64,000 nt of DNA from assembly GCA_013265495.1 (NCBI GenBank), contig MU058226.1, positions 768,741 through 832,740 on the forward strand, read 5' to 3'. The notes beneath the pieces are model-generated. The model ran no database searches, was not told the origin of the DNA, and worked only from the letters and a program-made list of their open reading frames with translations. A program made the translations under genes and the position numbers. This DNA comes from Vicugna vicugna (lineage: Eukaryota). Positions 26,709 to 39,339 of this stretch are shown in pieces (the stretch's first letter is position 1; each line of letters starts with the position of its first letter).

Positions 26709-29376
26709 AATTGAAAGTATTAGTATAAGCAAAGGATGTTATCTTTCAATACATGTGCTTGTATTTCCTTTCCATTAGAAGGCTCTAGAAGCAAGGACCA
26801 ACCCAGTAGAAATGAGCATCCCTAGCTCCCTGACTGTGGTCTCTAATTGCCATTTCCATCAATAGAAATCTTGAAGAAATGTTTGGTTCTTAATCTGGAG
26901 AAGGAAATATACAAGACGTGCTTGGATATCTTATCATGTCAGAAATTCAGGAACTATCAAAATCGCTTAAGACTATATCGAAAGGAGGTGATGTTACCAA
27001 AGATGGGACAATTTAAACATTCATATGAATAATAAAGACAATGTACTATAATGAACTAAAGCACATCAAATATGTTTGAACCCATGACTTTATAAGGATG
27101 GTTTAAAACTGGTCACTTTGGGACCACTAGGTAGTCAATTTAATAAATTGAAAATTGCTAATAAAGAGAAATCAACATTTAGCCTGCCTTTCCTGTAGGA
27201 ACCATGCCTGATCAAATGGTTGCTGAGGGAATTTCTCTTACAGAAGGAATCTAGCTAGTATATGAGCAGAATGACAGTATTTCAATATTACCATTTTGTA
27301 ACCCCTAATGAAACCATGGCTTAGTCAATAATGACTAATGACTGATAACATCACCAAAAGTGAGACAAGCAGACATTATGCACATTCTGTTGGAAGTTCA
27401 CAGCATTCTCTGAGGAGCCCTGCAAATACAAACACTGAATCAGGCCTCTAAGTGAAGTTACCAATTTATAGGGAATTCATTGGACAGAGGAACAAGTTAC
27501 CTCAAGTATATCATCAACCAAAACCAAACTGTGGGAAACGCTACAGGAAACTCCTCCCACACACCACACGGTTTTTCCAACAAATACATTTCAAGGGAAA
27601 AAAAGAATGGGAGAGAGAATCTATACATTAAAAGAAACAGGAGAAAAATATCAACCCATATAATGATGTATGGACTTTATTTCAATCCTGATTCAGAAAA
27701 AAATAAACTCATAAAAAAAGATATGAGACATTTGGAGGAATCTGAAAAAGATCTGAGGCTCCTAGATTCCAGGCTGTTTCCCCACTGGCCTGAGCCTGGG
27801 CTTTGCTTCTGTTGTAAGAAAAAACCACTTCAGAGCCCAGAACCACAGGGTTGGAACAGCTCCTGCAGTGGGCTCTTCGTGTGTCAGAGGAAGAGTCTAA
27901 CTGCCAAGTCCACCTCTCCTGTTCCCTCCCAGTGCCCCCAGGCTCCCCTCCTACCAGGTCAACGCATCACAGAGGAGAGAACCAGGAGGGTAGAATATTT
28001 GGCTACTCAGAATGAGGTTCCAGGCAGGAGATTCTCATAAGGTGGTTCTCATACAAGCTCTTGCCCATCAAAAGCACAGGTTTTGACATCATTCAGGATC
28101 CACCAAATGGACAAATTCTACGTGTGTTAAGTGGGTTGACATCCCTGATCTCAACTCTGATTTAGAAAGGGAGGTGGTTGGCTCCACGAACACCAACCCT
28201 ACCACCATCACAGACTGGAGAAACTGTAAACTATGTGATACTGGATTCCATTTTTAAAAAGGTAAACCCTATTTCCAGAAAACCTGGGACTTAGCCACTA
28301 TTTCTATCTATCACTACACCTACACGTGAGGTCCCTCTCTGCTCTGAGTGCTTTACCCCCTGATGTGATATGGAGAAGACATTATTTCAGGGGACAGAAG
28401 AACAAAAGGACCCAAGGAAGGGCAAGAAATGAGCAAGTCAGGAAATGTTGCCGGCACAAGAAGCCAAGAGGGCTAGAACATCAAGGCAGGTAAGAACGAT
28501 AATAATTTAACATTTATTGAGTTCTTACTGCCTGCCGGGTACTGGGCTAAGTGCTTTTCACGCATCATCCCTTTTCACATGCTGGACCACTCAACCTCCT
28601 CCTCTCAAGGGAAACCTCACTCCCTCTTCTCAAGGACACATGCATCTCTTTCCTATTTTCTATTTCAAACTCCCAGTAGTTATATATAAGGGCGGCAGTT
28701 TCTGTAGCAAAGATGCTGGAGGGGCAGTCTCAGTCCAACATGGGTGGTCCGAGGTCACTGGAGGACCAAAGAGCTCCCTGATACAATCAACAAAGCTTCT
28801 TCCATTTCATGTTTAAATAGAAGCCTATCTAAAGAAATTAGATCATCATTGCAGAAATGTGCAAAAGATGCCAAGATCTTCCAGTCAGGGCTCTGTTTGA
28901 CGTGACCCATGACCAGCCATTGCTCTGTTCACAGCGAGTCATCTGGCCACCCCCTCTTTTGGATCCTTTTCCAGGAAATCCAGCTGAAAAAGGCTGTTGG
29001 CCCTCTTACAATTTTATCATAGCGAGTGAGATGGAAATTTGGGTGCATTCACATGAAAGAAGTCACAAGGTAATTGGTGATTATAAAGCAACTGCATTTT
29101 TCCCATAATTTCCTAACAAGGGTCAGGCCTTGAAGACTGAATAATGACCTCATGATAATGACAGAAAAGGGAGAGGAATGTACACAGGAGGCAAAGATGT
29201 AAATTATGTTATGTGGTCCCAGTGGAGGAGCAACCTCTGAATTGTGTTTCCATTAATTTGGCCCCCCAAACCCCACCCAAACATAATTAACAATGGGACT
29301 TATCTCTAACTAGAACTAATCCAGAGCTAGAATTATTTCAGTGAATCAATGAAGCAATAATGGAGCGCATTGTGTA

Positions 29377-29510
29377 GCGAGGGTCTAGCTTGGTGGTAGA
29401 GCATATGCTTAGCATGCACAAGGTCCTGGGTTCAATACCGTCACCTCCATTAAATAAATAAATAAACAAACAAACAGACCTAATTACCCACCTCTAAAGT
29501 TTTTTTTAAA
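29377..29510 (+). mobile_element. Camelid SINE (vic-1 type), long form
   Basis: Family consensus with cctaattacc tail; TSD not evident. Confidence 0.88.
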
Positions 29511-29907
29511 AATCCACTCACATGGATATGGTCTTTTATATGAAGTGATTCCCAGGAGCTTGGGTAATTGGATTAGTACATGACGTATTATCAACAACAA
29601 CAATAACAAAATGAAACGCACAGCTTTATTGCTTGTTTGTGTCTCCTTGATACAGATATTTATTCAGTACAGTTAACACGTGGCATCTGCAAATTCAACA
29701 CTCGGCTGCTTCAACTGTCAATCAAGACCCCCAAAGTGTGGGAATGCACAGTTTGGCTGCAGCACAGACAAGAACAGTGCTGCCCAGCTGGGTACCGCTG
29801 AGTGAGGAGAACCCACCACCCAGCTTCCCAAAGTAGCTTTGTGTTTCTCAGTGAATGGTCCAGCAGGCAGAAACCTACTGGAAAAAAGTTGTTTTCAAAA
29901 CCTTGTT

Positions 29908-29999
29908 GCGGGTGGGGTAAAGCTCAGTGGTAGAGTACTTGCTCAGCATGCACGAGGTCCTGGGTTCAATCCCCAGTACCTCCATTAAAAAAGAAGAAA
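29908..29999 (+). mobile_element. Camelid SINE (vic-1 type), short form
   Basis: Family consensus; TSD aaaac(c/t)ttgtt. Confidence 0.92.
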
Positions 30000-30152
30000 A
30001 AAACTTTGTTTCTTTGCATAAATTACTCCCCATCCCCACCCAAAGGCTATCATTAACCCTGGTGATAGAAGTAATGAAAATGTGAAGAGTTGTGAGAAAG
30101 TTTTTTTTCTTTCAGGAATTGTAATTCGAGGTAGATCAAAGACGGGTGTTTT

Positions 30153-30297
30153 CAAAATGTTATGATAACTCACAGAGGAAAAAAATGTGACAATGAGTGT
30201 GTATATGTCCATGAATGACTGAAAAATTGTGCTGAACACTGGAATTTGACACAACATTGTAAAATGATTATAAGTCAATAAAAAATGTTAAAAAAAA
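30153..30297 (+). mobile_element. Young 5'-truncated L1 tail
   Basis: gacacaacattgtaaaatgattataagtcaataaaaaatgtt plus clean poly(A); TSD aaaga(c/t)gggtgtttt. Confidence 0.88.
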
Positions 30298-30989
30298 AAA
30301 GATGGGTGTTTTGATCTTGATGGTAGCTCAGCGATATGAATCCACAACTGATGCAGATATTTGAAAAGAGATTTGAAAGACGATTTCAGGAAATGTTTTC
30401 AGGCAGCTCAAAAATTTCTCACAAAGTAAGATACAAAACATAAGTAAAAGTAGAAACAGTGGTTAACTTGTGGTCACAGGGTACAGCAGGAAGCAGCAGA
30501 CTGAGAAAGGCCCAAATAATCTGGGTATTTACAGAGCATCTAATTCAGAAACCTACAAAGACCTCCAGTGCCTTTGGTAAAAGTCAAAAGGGCCTGCTCT
30601 CCTATCTGTAAGCATGGCCAATGGATGAATATACATCAGTCTCCCTTTCATTTCGGCTTCCCTCATCCAAAACTTGCTACAGATGTGTCTTGGAGGTTGA
30701 AAAATTCTGAACTCCCTGGAACAAGAATGTCTTGTGGGGAGGGAGGTTGGTAAAACCAGCCAGCATGCCTGGCATACCAATAGGAAGGGCTTCTGATTTA
30801 TCTTCCAAGGGCTCATCCTCTCTCTATGTAGACAGTACGGAGCACTGCATACACACCCTCCCCTCCTGTCCCCTCCTACTTGATTTATTATTACTCTTGC
30901 TTAACAAGATTTGGATTTATCATGTTTATGTCTTGTAATTATCAAAGTCCTTTTGGACAAGCTTGGTGTACATAAATAATAACAGTAAC

Positions 30990-31200
30990 TACCAAGTATT
31001 ATAGTTATTAATTATATTAATAGTTATCATTATACTATACTATATACAAAATATGTAGTATACTGTACTTTACATAATACTATATATATAATATTATACT
31101 ATGTATGATCTATAGTTTATAGATCTATATCTACAATAGCTATACTATCATAATAGTTACACAGTGTGAATGCTATAGTATACAATAACATTCCAATTTA
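30990..31200. repeat. AT-rich low-complexity (TATAC/TATAG-like) tract
   Basis: Directly visible. Confidence 0.75.
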
Positions 31201-31330
31201 TATACATTATCTTTCATCCTGACAATGTGGGAAGAACTTACAAATAACAAGGCACAAGAGTGGTGGGCAACTGGCTCACCTCCTCATAGCTAGTAAGTGG
31301 TAGATTCAGGGTTCAAACCCAAGCAGGGAG
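31200..31330 (-). mobile_element. MIR SINE
   Basis: catagctagtaagtggtagattcagggttcaaacccaagcag. Confidence 0.7.
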
Positions 31331-31482
31331 GAATCTATGTCAGGGTTTGTTCTATTGGTAAGTTGCCTCTAATGGTGTCCATCTCATTAACATCCCTCTC
31401 TGAGCTATCATTGATCAGATAGAGCATCTGCAGTTTTACAAAAGCTGTTTACTAAGCTGAGATAAAGCAGGGTTAACTACAT

Positions 31483-31512
31483 CACACACACGCACACGCG
31501 CGCACACACACA
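31483..31512. repeat. (CA)/(CG) alternating purine-pyrimidine microsatellite
   Basis: cacacacacgcacacgcgcgcacacacaca. Confidence 0.9.
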
Positions 31513-31619
31513 GAGAATCCTTTTATTCCATTAGATTCTTTCAACCAGACGTATCCATGCCTACTCCATGCCAGACTCAGGCACTAGCACAGTCAGGCAT
31601 GGTCTCTGCCCTCTGGAAG

Positions 31620-31890
31620 CTTCCATTTTCACTCCTGCTAATTCCTCAGCTATGTCCTAAATGATTTCTTCCATAGGCATCCCTTGTCACTCCAGACTTA
31701 ATTAGGTACCTCATTCTACACCCTGGATTTTTCCTTCATAACATTCATCTTCCTTCAATTACTTGTTCACTGTCCTTCATCCCATCACCCTGTGACCGCC
31801 ATGGAATCATGATGGCTGTCCTGTTCCTATTCTATCCAGTAGCACATGGCACTTAAGAGAAACTTAGTAAATATGTGCTGAATGAATGGG
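31620..31890 (+). mobile_element. L2 3' end
   Basis: Ends cttagtaaatatgtgctgaatgaatg. Confidence 0.7.
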
Positions 31891-33425
31891 TGCAAACAAG
31901 CAGTGGGAGCAGGCTTTCTCAAAGGTTAGGAAGGTGGTGCACCAGCCAATAGTTAACTGATAATCAGTTTGCGTGCATGTTAACCTCTTCTTAACAGAAA
32001 CCAGCAGCCTCTGAGTTGGAGCCTCCCTCCCACTGCACACCTCTTCTGGAGCCTGCCTTGCCAGTGAGGTCTGCCCAGGCCCGCCTTGCCTGGAGCTGTA
32101 CCAGCGGGTGGAAGCCTGCCCTGCAGAAAGGACTCATTCATCCTAAATGTCATGCCAGTCTTGCCCTGTGCACACCCATCCAATCCGGGTGTCCCTCTGA
32201 ACACAAACTCTGGTCTTGTATTGAATCTCAAGAGAGTCAACAACAGCTGGACTGAATGACAACACCCCCGCTCCACCCCTCGCTGTGTGACTTTCTGTGG
32301 CTTTCTGGGCCTTGTAGGATGCATAGGGTCACATACCTGGCAGTCCTATGGTCTCTGAAACAGACATTCTGGCATCAGGAGGGTACAGGTTGGGGTGGGG
32401 GGCCTCGGAGAGGGCCCTAGAACTCAGACAGGGAGCTGTGAGTAGGTGGGAGTCAGACCTTCCCAGTTTCTCTCAAGACTCAGGAATTTTCTTTGAGATG
32501 GAGGCTGCAAGCCAGGGGCAAGGGAGAGACAATCTCTGCCTTTGCCTGTGGGTTAAAGATAAATTAGCTGTGTCTTGTGAATCCGAAGATTATCGGGTTA
32601 CCTGCTGTTCAATTCTTTGCTTTGGCTTCTCTTAATGCCAGGACTTCAGGGAAGTCTAATTTAATTGTCCCAAGTCTCTCGCAGTGCTGATGACTTTGGC
32701 TGCAGTTTTTCATAAGCACAAAGGAATAAGGGAAAACCTCTGGGGATATGGCAGTGCTGGGAAGTCCCTTCCTCTCCCCACGGGGATGTTCCCTCCCACT
32801 GCCTCCCTCAAAGGATGTCCCTCTTATTTTAATACTGTAGGTGGCCGGTTCTTCGCAGCATCTAAATCAACTGGAAGTCCCCTGCCTCCAGTTCTCAAAT
32901 GGAGAGAGTCCTCAGAAAGAGCCTCACAGCACCCAGAGCGGGCTCTGGGGACTCAGTCCCCAGTGCTTAGAGCTGTTCTGCTCTGTCACAGAGCCAGGCA
33001 GCCCTGGGTAATATGGGGGCCCTGCTGGAGGAAAGTCAACACCTGGCCCACGAAAGGATCCCAGCTGTAGTCTCAGGGTTGGGAATATAGTCCACCAGCT
33101 GCTTCCCACCCCAGACCTCAAGGCTCAAAGTCACCTTTCCCTCCTCAGAAGAGATCTCCCCTCCTCTGCGTTGTGCAGAGCCCCCCACCCCCAACACCAG
33201 GGCACTCTTCTAGTTTCTGTATGAACTGGAAACACTGCCCTGAAAGAAAACAACTCTTAATGACAAACTACAACCCCTCCCCACAAATCCCTGGGATTAT
33301 ACGCGGTGGTACTTTGTGGTGATCAATTTATAATGTATAAAAAGAACAAATTACAATGTTGGGATACCCAAAACTAAAATCAAAATCATGTTGGAAGTCA
33401 ATTATACTTTTGTTTTAAGTATAAG

Positions 33426-33442
33426 GATGGATAGATAGATAA

Positions 33443-33496
<54 letters not shown>
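33426..33496. repeat. (GATA)n tetranucleotide microsatellite
   Basis: Long near-perfect run directly after a short L1 tail (~33300-33420). Confidence 0.97.
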
Positions 33497-33498
<2 letters not shown>

Positions 33499-33561
33499 AG
33501 TTACAGCTCAGTTAAAAAAAAATAGTTGGTACTTTGTCCCTGTCAATAGCCAATATTCTAC

Positions 33562-33725
33562 ATACTTATCTGGCAGGGGAGATACCATGATGACGAAGGT
33601 GGTTTTCCCAGGGCGAGGTTTATCCATTGCACTCTGGATGTGCTGACTCCTGCGATTTCCCCAAATGTGGGAAACTTGACTGCATAATTTGTGGTAGTGG
33701 GGGACTGCATTCAAGCTTTCCCCTG
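33562..33725 (+). pseudogene. RNU1: U1 snRNA retroposed pseudogene (full length, 164 nt)
   Basis: Colinear with U1 (ATACTTAtCTGGCAGGGGAGATACCATGAT..AATTTGTGG..TTTCCCCTG) with about nine substitutions; poly(A) follows; TSD aatattctac (33552-33561) / aaaattctac (33733-33742). Confidence 0.96.
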
Positions 33726-33910
33726 GAAAAAAAAAATTCTACAGCCTCTTTTCTCCCTCCCTTGTGCCCACACTTCCTCATTTTCCAGCCCATATGTCTA
33801 CCCTTCGTCAATCTACAGCTGAAACTTGTGACCACTGGTGACAGACCCTGTTGTCCTCAAAGCTGATGCTCTGTCAGGGGCATTTCTGCCCTCAGAGGTG
33901 AGTTCAGCTA

Positions 33911-34124
33911 CAGTGGTGTGCTGGTTACATCAGCGAGGAGTGGGGGGATTTGAGGTGGGGGAAGCCTTTATTTGTAGAGGTTACCAATTTCCATGGTGTA
34001 AATACTCCCGCCTACCATATCTGATTCCCAGCTACCAACAGGTTTAACAAACAGCTTGTAAAATTCCTGAATATTTAACAATTCCTCTCACCAGCCAGTC
34101 CAAGCTGGCTTCAACATACCATTG
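33911..34124 (-). mobile_element. MER63-like hAT MITE
   Basis: TIRs cagtggtgtgctgg and tcaacataccattg; internal aaaattcctgaatatttaacaat. Confidence 0.8.
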
Positions 34125-34259
34125 ATTCAGGAGGACTCCCAAAGAGTCCCTGGGCCCCCCAAAATATCTTGATAAAGTGAGCAATAGACCCAGCAGTAGT
34201 GGAGAGAGGGGCCCTCCAGTGGCATTTCTACCCGCTGGCTCCTTTGGCTCTGAGCTCTG

Positions 34260-34440
34260 GGAAGAGTGTGACTTTAGGGAGTCAGGAGAGCTCTGGGTTC
34301 AAATCTTGGTGTGACTTTGGGCAAGTTTCAGCTTCCAATTCTGCAAATTAGGATTGATAAAACCTGTAGGATAACTTTGAGGATGAAACGAGATGCCTAA
34401 AGAAAATGCCCAACATATAGCAAGCTCTCAATAAATGTTC
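34260..34440 (+). mobile_element. MIR SINE
   Basis: ctgggttcaaatcttgg..gtgactttgggcaagtt..ctcaataaatgtt. Confidence 0.75.
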
Positions 34441-35354
34441 TTTCTTTTGCCCCCTCTTCTCAGTCTTAATTTTTTCTGTACTAGTTCAAATAATAATTTT
34501 TCAAAGGGTCCAACAGGGGGAGCCCAAACTCAACACTGTCAGGGTGGGGGGACTGGTGATTCAACTCAACTCTCACCACAGTTTAGAGTTTAACTTCAGA
34601 AACTTTGAAGAGCATAGTGCTTTTTCCCTTGAGGGTTCTCCCTTGTCCACATCCCCAAAGAGGTGAGCCCATCAAAATGTTCTATAGCTGGGGTTTATGC
34701 CACATGGCATCATTTTCCTCTAAGATGGCAAGCTATACTCAGAATCAGAAACCACAGTCCATGAAAGGGGTACCATGTCAGGACCAAAGCAAGGACACTG
34801 GGTTTCCCTAAGGCTGTGCTTCACACAACGAGCACACACAAAGCCTCCCATGCACCCAAAATGCCTCCCACATCAAATCAGGTCTGTCCCACAATATCCC
34901 ATTACACAGAGGAGACAGAGGCAGAAGGGACATGAGGCTCACTAGATTTGTGACGGCTGGCTGTTCACAAACAATGGAATTATTGGGATGATTCAGGGAG
35001 AGGCAGCAAATGAAACTTTGAGGAAATCTGGTTTCTTGCGGTAAAGAGCTTTTGTAACTTGAGAAAAGTTTCGGAAACTTAGAAGCAAAAAATTCTTCAT
35101 CAGAAATGAATGAAAAGCCTTGGGTTTGAACAATGTGTGGCTACTTTCTAGCTGGCTGACCTACACAAGTTGTTTAACCTCTCTGAGACTCAGTCACTTG
35201 TATATTTATTCACTGAATCTATTATTTATTGAGCATCTTGTATGTATCAGGCATGGGGCTAAGTGAATCCTGAGGAGACAATGGTGAGCAAAACCAGGCA
35301 CTGTCCTTTTTCTCATGGAGCTTACTTACAATTTATTTATTTGTAAAAAAGCAT

Positions 35355-37040
35355 AGTAACCCTGGGACAACTGGATATCCACAAGCAAAAGAATGAAGTT
35401 AGATCCCTATCTCACACTGTATAAGAAAATTAACCCACAATGGATCAAAGACCTAAATGTGACAGCTAAGACTATTTAACTCTTAGAAGAGAACATAGGC
35501 TCAAATCTTTGTGACTGCAGATTAGGTGGTAGCTTCTTGGCTACAATACCAAATGCACAAGTAACAAAGAAATAGGTAAACTGGACTTGATCAAAATTTA
35601 AAACTTTTGTGCTCCAAAGGACACCATCAAGAAAGTGAAAAGATGCCGAGATGTGGAAGCAACCTAAGTGTCCATCAACAGACGAATGGATAAAGAAAAT
35701 GTGGTATAATATACACATGTGTGTATACACAATGGAATACTATTCAACCATAAATAAACTTTTGCCATTTACAGCAACTTGGATGGACTTGGAGAGTATG
35801 ATGCTAAGTGAAATAAGTCAGATAGAGAAAGACAAATAAGTGTATGATATCACTTATATGTGGAATCTAAAAAATACAACAAATCAGTGACTATAACAAA
35901 AAGAAGCAGACTCACAGATATAGAAAACAAACTAGTGGTTACCAGTGGGGAGAGGCAATATAGGGGTAGGGGATTTAGAAGTACAATAATAGTTATGTAT
36001 AAAATAAGCTACAAGGATATATTATACAATACAGGCAATACAGCCAATATTTTATAGTAACTATAAATGGAATATAATCTTAAAAAAAAAAAGGTGAAAA
36101 GATGATCTACAGAATGGGATGAAATACTTGTAAGTCACTGATCTGTTAAAGGGCTTGTATTGAGAATATATAAAGAACTCTTACAACTCAGTAATTTAAA
36201 AAAAAGAATTTAAAAATGGGCAAAGGATCTGTATAAACATTTCTCCAAAGATATACAAATGGCCAACAAACACATAAAAAGATGCTCAACGTAATTAATA
36301 CCACTTTATACCCACTAAAATGGTAGAATAAAAAAAAACAGGTTGGAGAAATTGGAACCCTCATACACTGCTGGTGGGAATGTCAAATGGTGCAGTCACT
36401 TCAGAAAACAGCCTGGCAGTTCCTCAAAAGGTTCAACAAAGAGTTTCCATATGACTAGAAACTGCACTCCGAGGTATAATTCCAAGAGAAATGAAAACAC
36501 ATTCACACACATCCTTGTTCATAAATATTCATACCAGCGCTACTCATAATAACCAAAACATAGAAACAACACAAACAGCCATCAATTGATGAATGAATAA
36601 ATAAATAGTGAATTGTGGTATCTATATTCACACAATGGAAAGCATCAGGCAATAAAGAAAAACAAAGTATTGATAGCTGCTACAATGTAGCTGAACTTTG
36701 AAAATATTATGCTAAGTGAGAGAAGCCAGACACAAAAGGCCACATATTGTGTGACTTCATTTATATGAAATGTCCAGAATAGACCAATCCACAGAGATAA
36801 AAAGTAGGTTAGTGGTTGTCTAGGACTGAAGCGGGCAGGGATCTGAGAGGAAATTGGGAATGATTGTTCATGGCTTTGGGATTTCTTTTGGTGGTGATGG
36901 AAATATTCTAAAATCAATTGTAGGTTGGTCACAGAACTCGATGAGCATGTTAAAAACCATTCAATTGTACACTTTAAAATGGTGAAATGTATGATATAGG
37001 AATCATATCTCAATACTGCTATTATTAAAAATAAAGACAT
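35355..37040 (+). mobile_element. L1MB-like ORF2/3'UTR fragment containing a younger L1
   Basis: gggacaactggatatccaca..aaaattaacccacaatggatcaaagacctaaatgt; continues after 36092 to the catatctcaat tail. Confidence 0.9.
35646..36090 (+). mobile_element. Younger L1 3' fragment nested in L1
   Basis: WKQPKCPSTDEWIKKMWY..MEYYS; poly(A); TSD aa(a/g)gtgaaaagatg at 35632-35645 and 36091-36104. Confidence 0.9.
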
Positions 37041-37049
37041 AATTCAAAC

Positions 37050-38252
37050 AGATATGTGTACATACACATTCATAGTGACACTATTCACAATAGCCAAGAG
37101 GTGGAGGCAACCCAAGTGTCCATCGATGGATGAATGGATAAACAAAATGTGGTCTATATACACAATGGAATATTATGCAGCCTTAAAAAGGGAGAAAATT
37201 CTGACATTTGCTACAACATGAATGAATCTCAAAGACATTATGGTAAGTGAAATAAAAACCAGTCACAAGAGGATAAATATTATGTGATTTCACTTATATG
37301 AGGTCCCTAGAGTAGTTAAATTCATAGAGACAAAGCAGAATGCTGGTTGCCAGGGGTGAAGTTTAGGGGGAGGGGGGCATGGGAAGATATTGTTTCCTGG
37401 ATACAGAAGTTTAGTTGGGGAAGATGTGAAAGCTCTGGAGATGGATGGTGGTGATGGCTGCACAACAGTATAAATGTATTTAATGTTGCTGAACTGTATA
37501 TATAAAAATGGTTTTAAAATAGTATACATTTTAGGTATTTATATATTTAGTTGTAATGCCTAGCTATTTTTATGAAGGTAAGAGTGTGTGGGTTCTGTAA
37601 CTTATTTCCTTGCAAGCACAAATGGTGAGGGAAACTTCCTCTGTATGTGGGATGCTTCTGGGGCCTGGTCACCATATGCCACCACAGTGGGAACAAGTCA
37701 CCGTCCTTTCAGGCAAAGGGCAAAGCTTCCACCTGAGGACTACCTGGCAAGTGTCCCCTTGCAGCTGCTTAACCTCTTGCTCCCAGCTTTCCCTCCACAG
37801 TTTCTTCTACTGCTCTCTTGGCAAAGAATTTAGGATACATCGCCTTCTCAGAAGGATGCCAGTCATCTAAGTACCTCGCAGGGACCTTGTAATACTCGCA
37901 TCTCTCCTGAGAGGTGCCCTTAGTAAAGCAGGGGAGATAAATGGTTGTGGATGCTGGTGGTGGCAGAATTCTTCCTCTGCCTCCCTCAGTAGCTGGACAG
38001 ACTTTACCAAACCCTTTTTCTTCTTAGTTCTTCAAACCGGGCTCTCTCAAACAAGCAAAGGACCAGTATTTGTCCCTGTGGATGCACCACAAGTCAAGGT
38101 GGCATAGCACCTGCTTATAAAGCTGCAGACCTTCCGCTGCTGGGTCAGGTAGGCCAGAGCACAATGGTGACCCATTCACCTTGGGCCACTGGGGTGCGGT
38201 AAAATGGTAAATCCTTGTTATATATATATTTTACCACAATTAAAAAAAATAA
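37050..38252 (+). mobile_element. L1MB-like 3' fragment split by the NDUFB9 retrocopy
   Basis: L1 tail stops near 37530 and resumes at 38200 (aaaatggtaaa..ttttaccacaattaaaa). Confidence 0.8.
37533..38199 (-). pseudogene. NDUFB9: NDUFB9 (complex I subunit B22, LYR family) processed pseudogene; CDS-equivalent ~38165 to 37643
   Basis: Minus-strand translation across frameshifts gives [112 protein letters not shown], matching NDUFB9 end to end with no introns; 3'UTR-like tgcttgcaag.gaaata.gttacagaac follows; start codon lost, several frameshifts and stops. Confidence 0.95.
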
Positions 38253-38464
38253 AAGCACAATAATAGTTCTTATCTCATAGGGTCATTGTGAAGAGTAAAT
38301 GAGATTATTTTTGGCTGAAGAAACAGCCAAAGTAATTAACAGCATTTATGAACCAGGCCTGGAGACCAGGGTTTGGGATGGGGGAGGGACACAAAATTTC
38401 TACTGTATCTATTGTTTAGATTTGTAAACTGGCATATTTTTGTAATTCAAAAAGTAAAGCAGTT

Positions 38465-38920
38465 CAGAAACAGACTCACAGACATAAAAAACAAACTTAT
38501 GGTTACCAGGAGGGAAGGGGACAAAGGGATAAATTGGGAGCTTGAGATTTGCAGATACTAACTTCTATATATAAATAGACAGACCACTAGTTTCTACTGT
38601 ATAGCACAGGGAACTATATTCAATATCTTGTAGTAACATATAATGATGGGGGGAAGGTATAGCTCAGTGGTTAGAATGTGTGCTTAGCATGCACACACTG
38701 GGTTCAATCCCCAGAACCTCCATTTAAACAAACAAACAAACAAACAAACAAACCTAATTACCTCCCAAATAAAATAAATAAGTATCTTGTAGTAACCTAT
38801 AATGAAAAAGAATATGAAAGGGAATATATGTATGTTTATGTATGACTAAAACATTATGCTGAATACCCGAAACTGATACAACATTGTAAACTGACTATAA
38901 AAATAAAATAAATTAAAAAG
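38465..38920 (+). mobile_element. L1 3' tail with a nested SINE
   Basis: cagaaacagactcacagacata..aacattgtaaactgactat. Confidence 0.9.
38648..38781 (+). mobile_element. Camelid SINE (vic-1 type), long form
   Basis: Family consensus; ~23-bp TSD tatcttgtagtaac(a/c)tataatga. Confidence 0.92.
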
Positions 38921-39339
38921 TAAAGTGGTAAAAGGCTGCTTTTTGCTGTGTTAGTGATTTATTCAAGATTTAGTGTCCACAGAAAAGTACATAAAGATTG
39001 AGAACAACATTCTATTCTTGGCTTATGTGTGGCCTTCTGTGTTTGTCTTTATGTGTAACTTTTTCCAGATTTCCTCAGCTTTGCTTACCTTTCTCCCCCT
39101 CTGTCCCCATTTACTTAAGTCTATTAGTCACAAAATCTTAAACATCCCGGTCTGATCCCTGGATTCTCCCGTCTTGCCCCCAGAAAGACCCCAGACCTCA
39201 CACAGGGGGGGTGTGCCTGCTCATTTCCCGCCAGTGTCCTCTGAACTCCTCTGCCCCATTTTTACCTCCTTCCCTAAAGCGAAACCTTCCCTGAAATCTG
39301 ATTTCCAGTCTTCCCCTTTGCAAACTGAGAGGCCTGCTC

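Larger units (their letters stand above)
24250..27750 (+). mobile_element. Old L1 (L1MC-like) ORF2 end and long 3'UTR, carrying nested LTR and SINE insertions
   Basis: ORF2 motifs (ccagcaataccacttcttggaa, ttattgcagccctgtttgtaacagca) continue across the inserts. Confidence 0.75.

Noticed and set aside
27480..28040. 186-aa ORF
   Set aside because: Non-ATG start; first half is L1 3'UTR sequence
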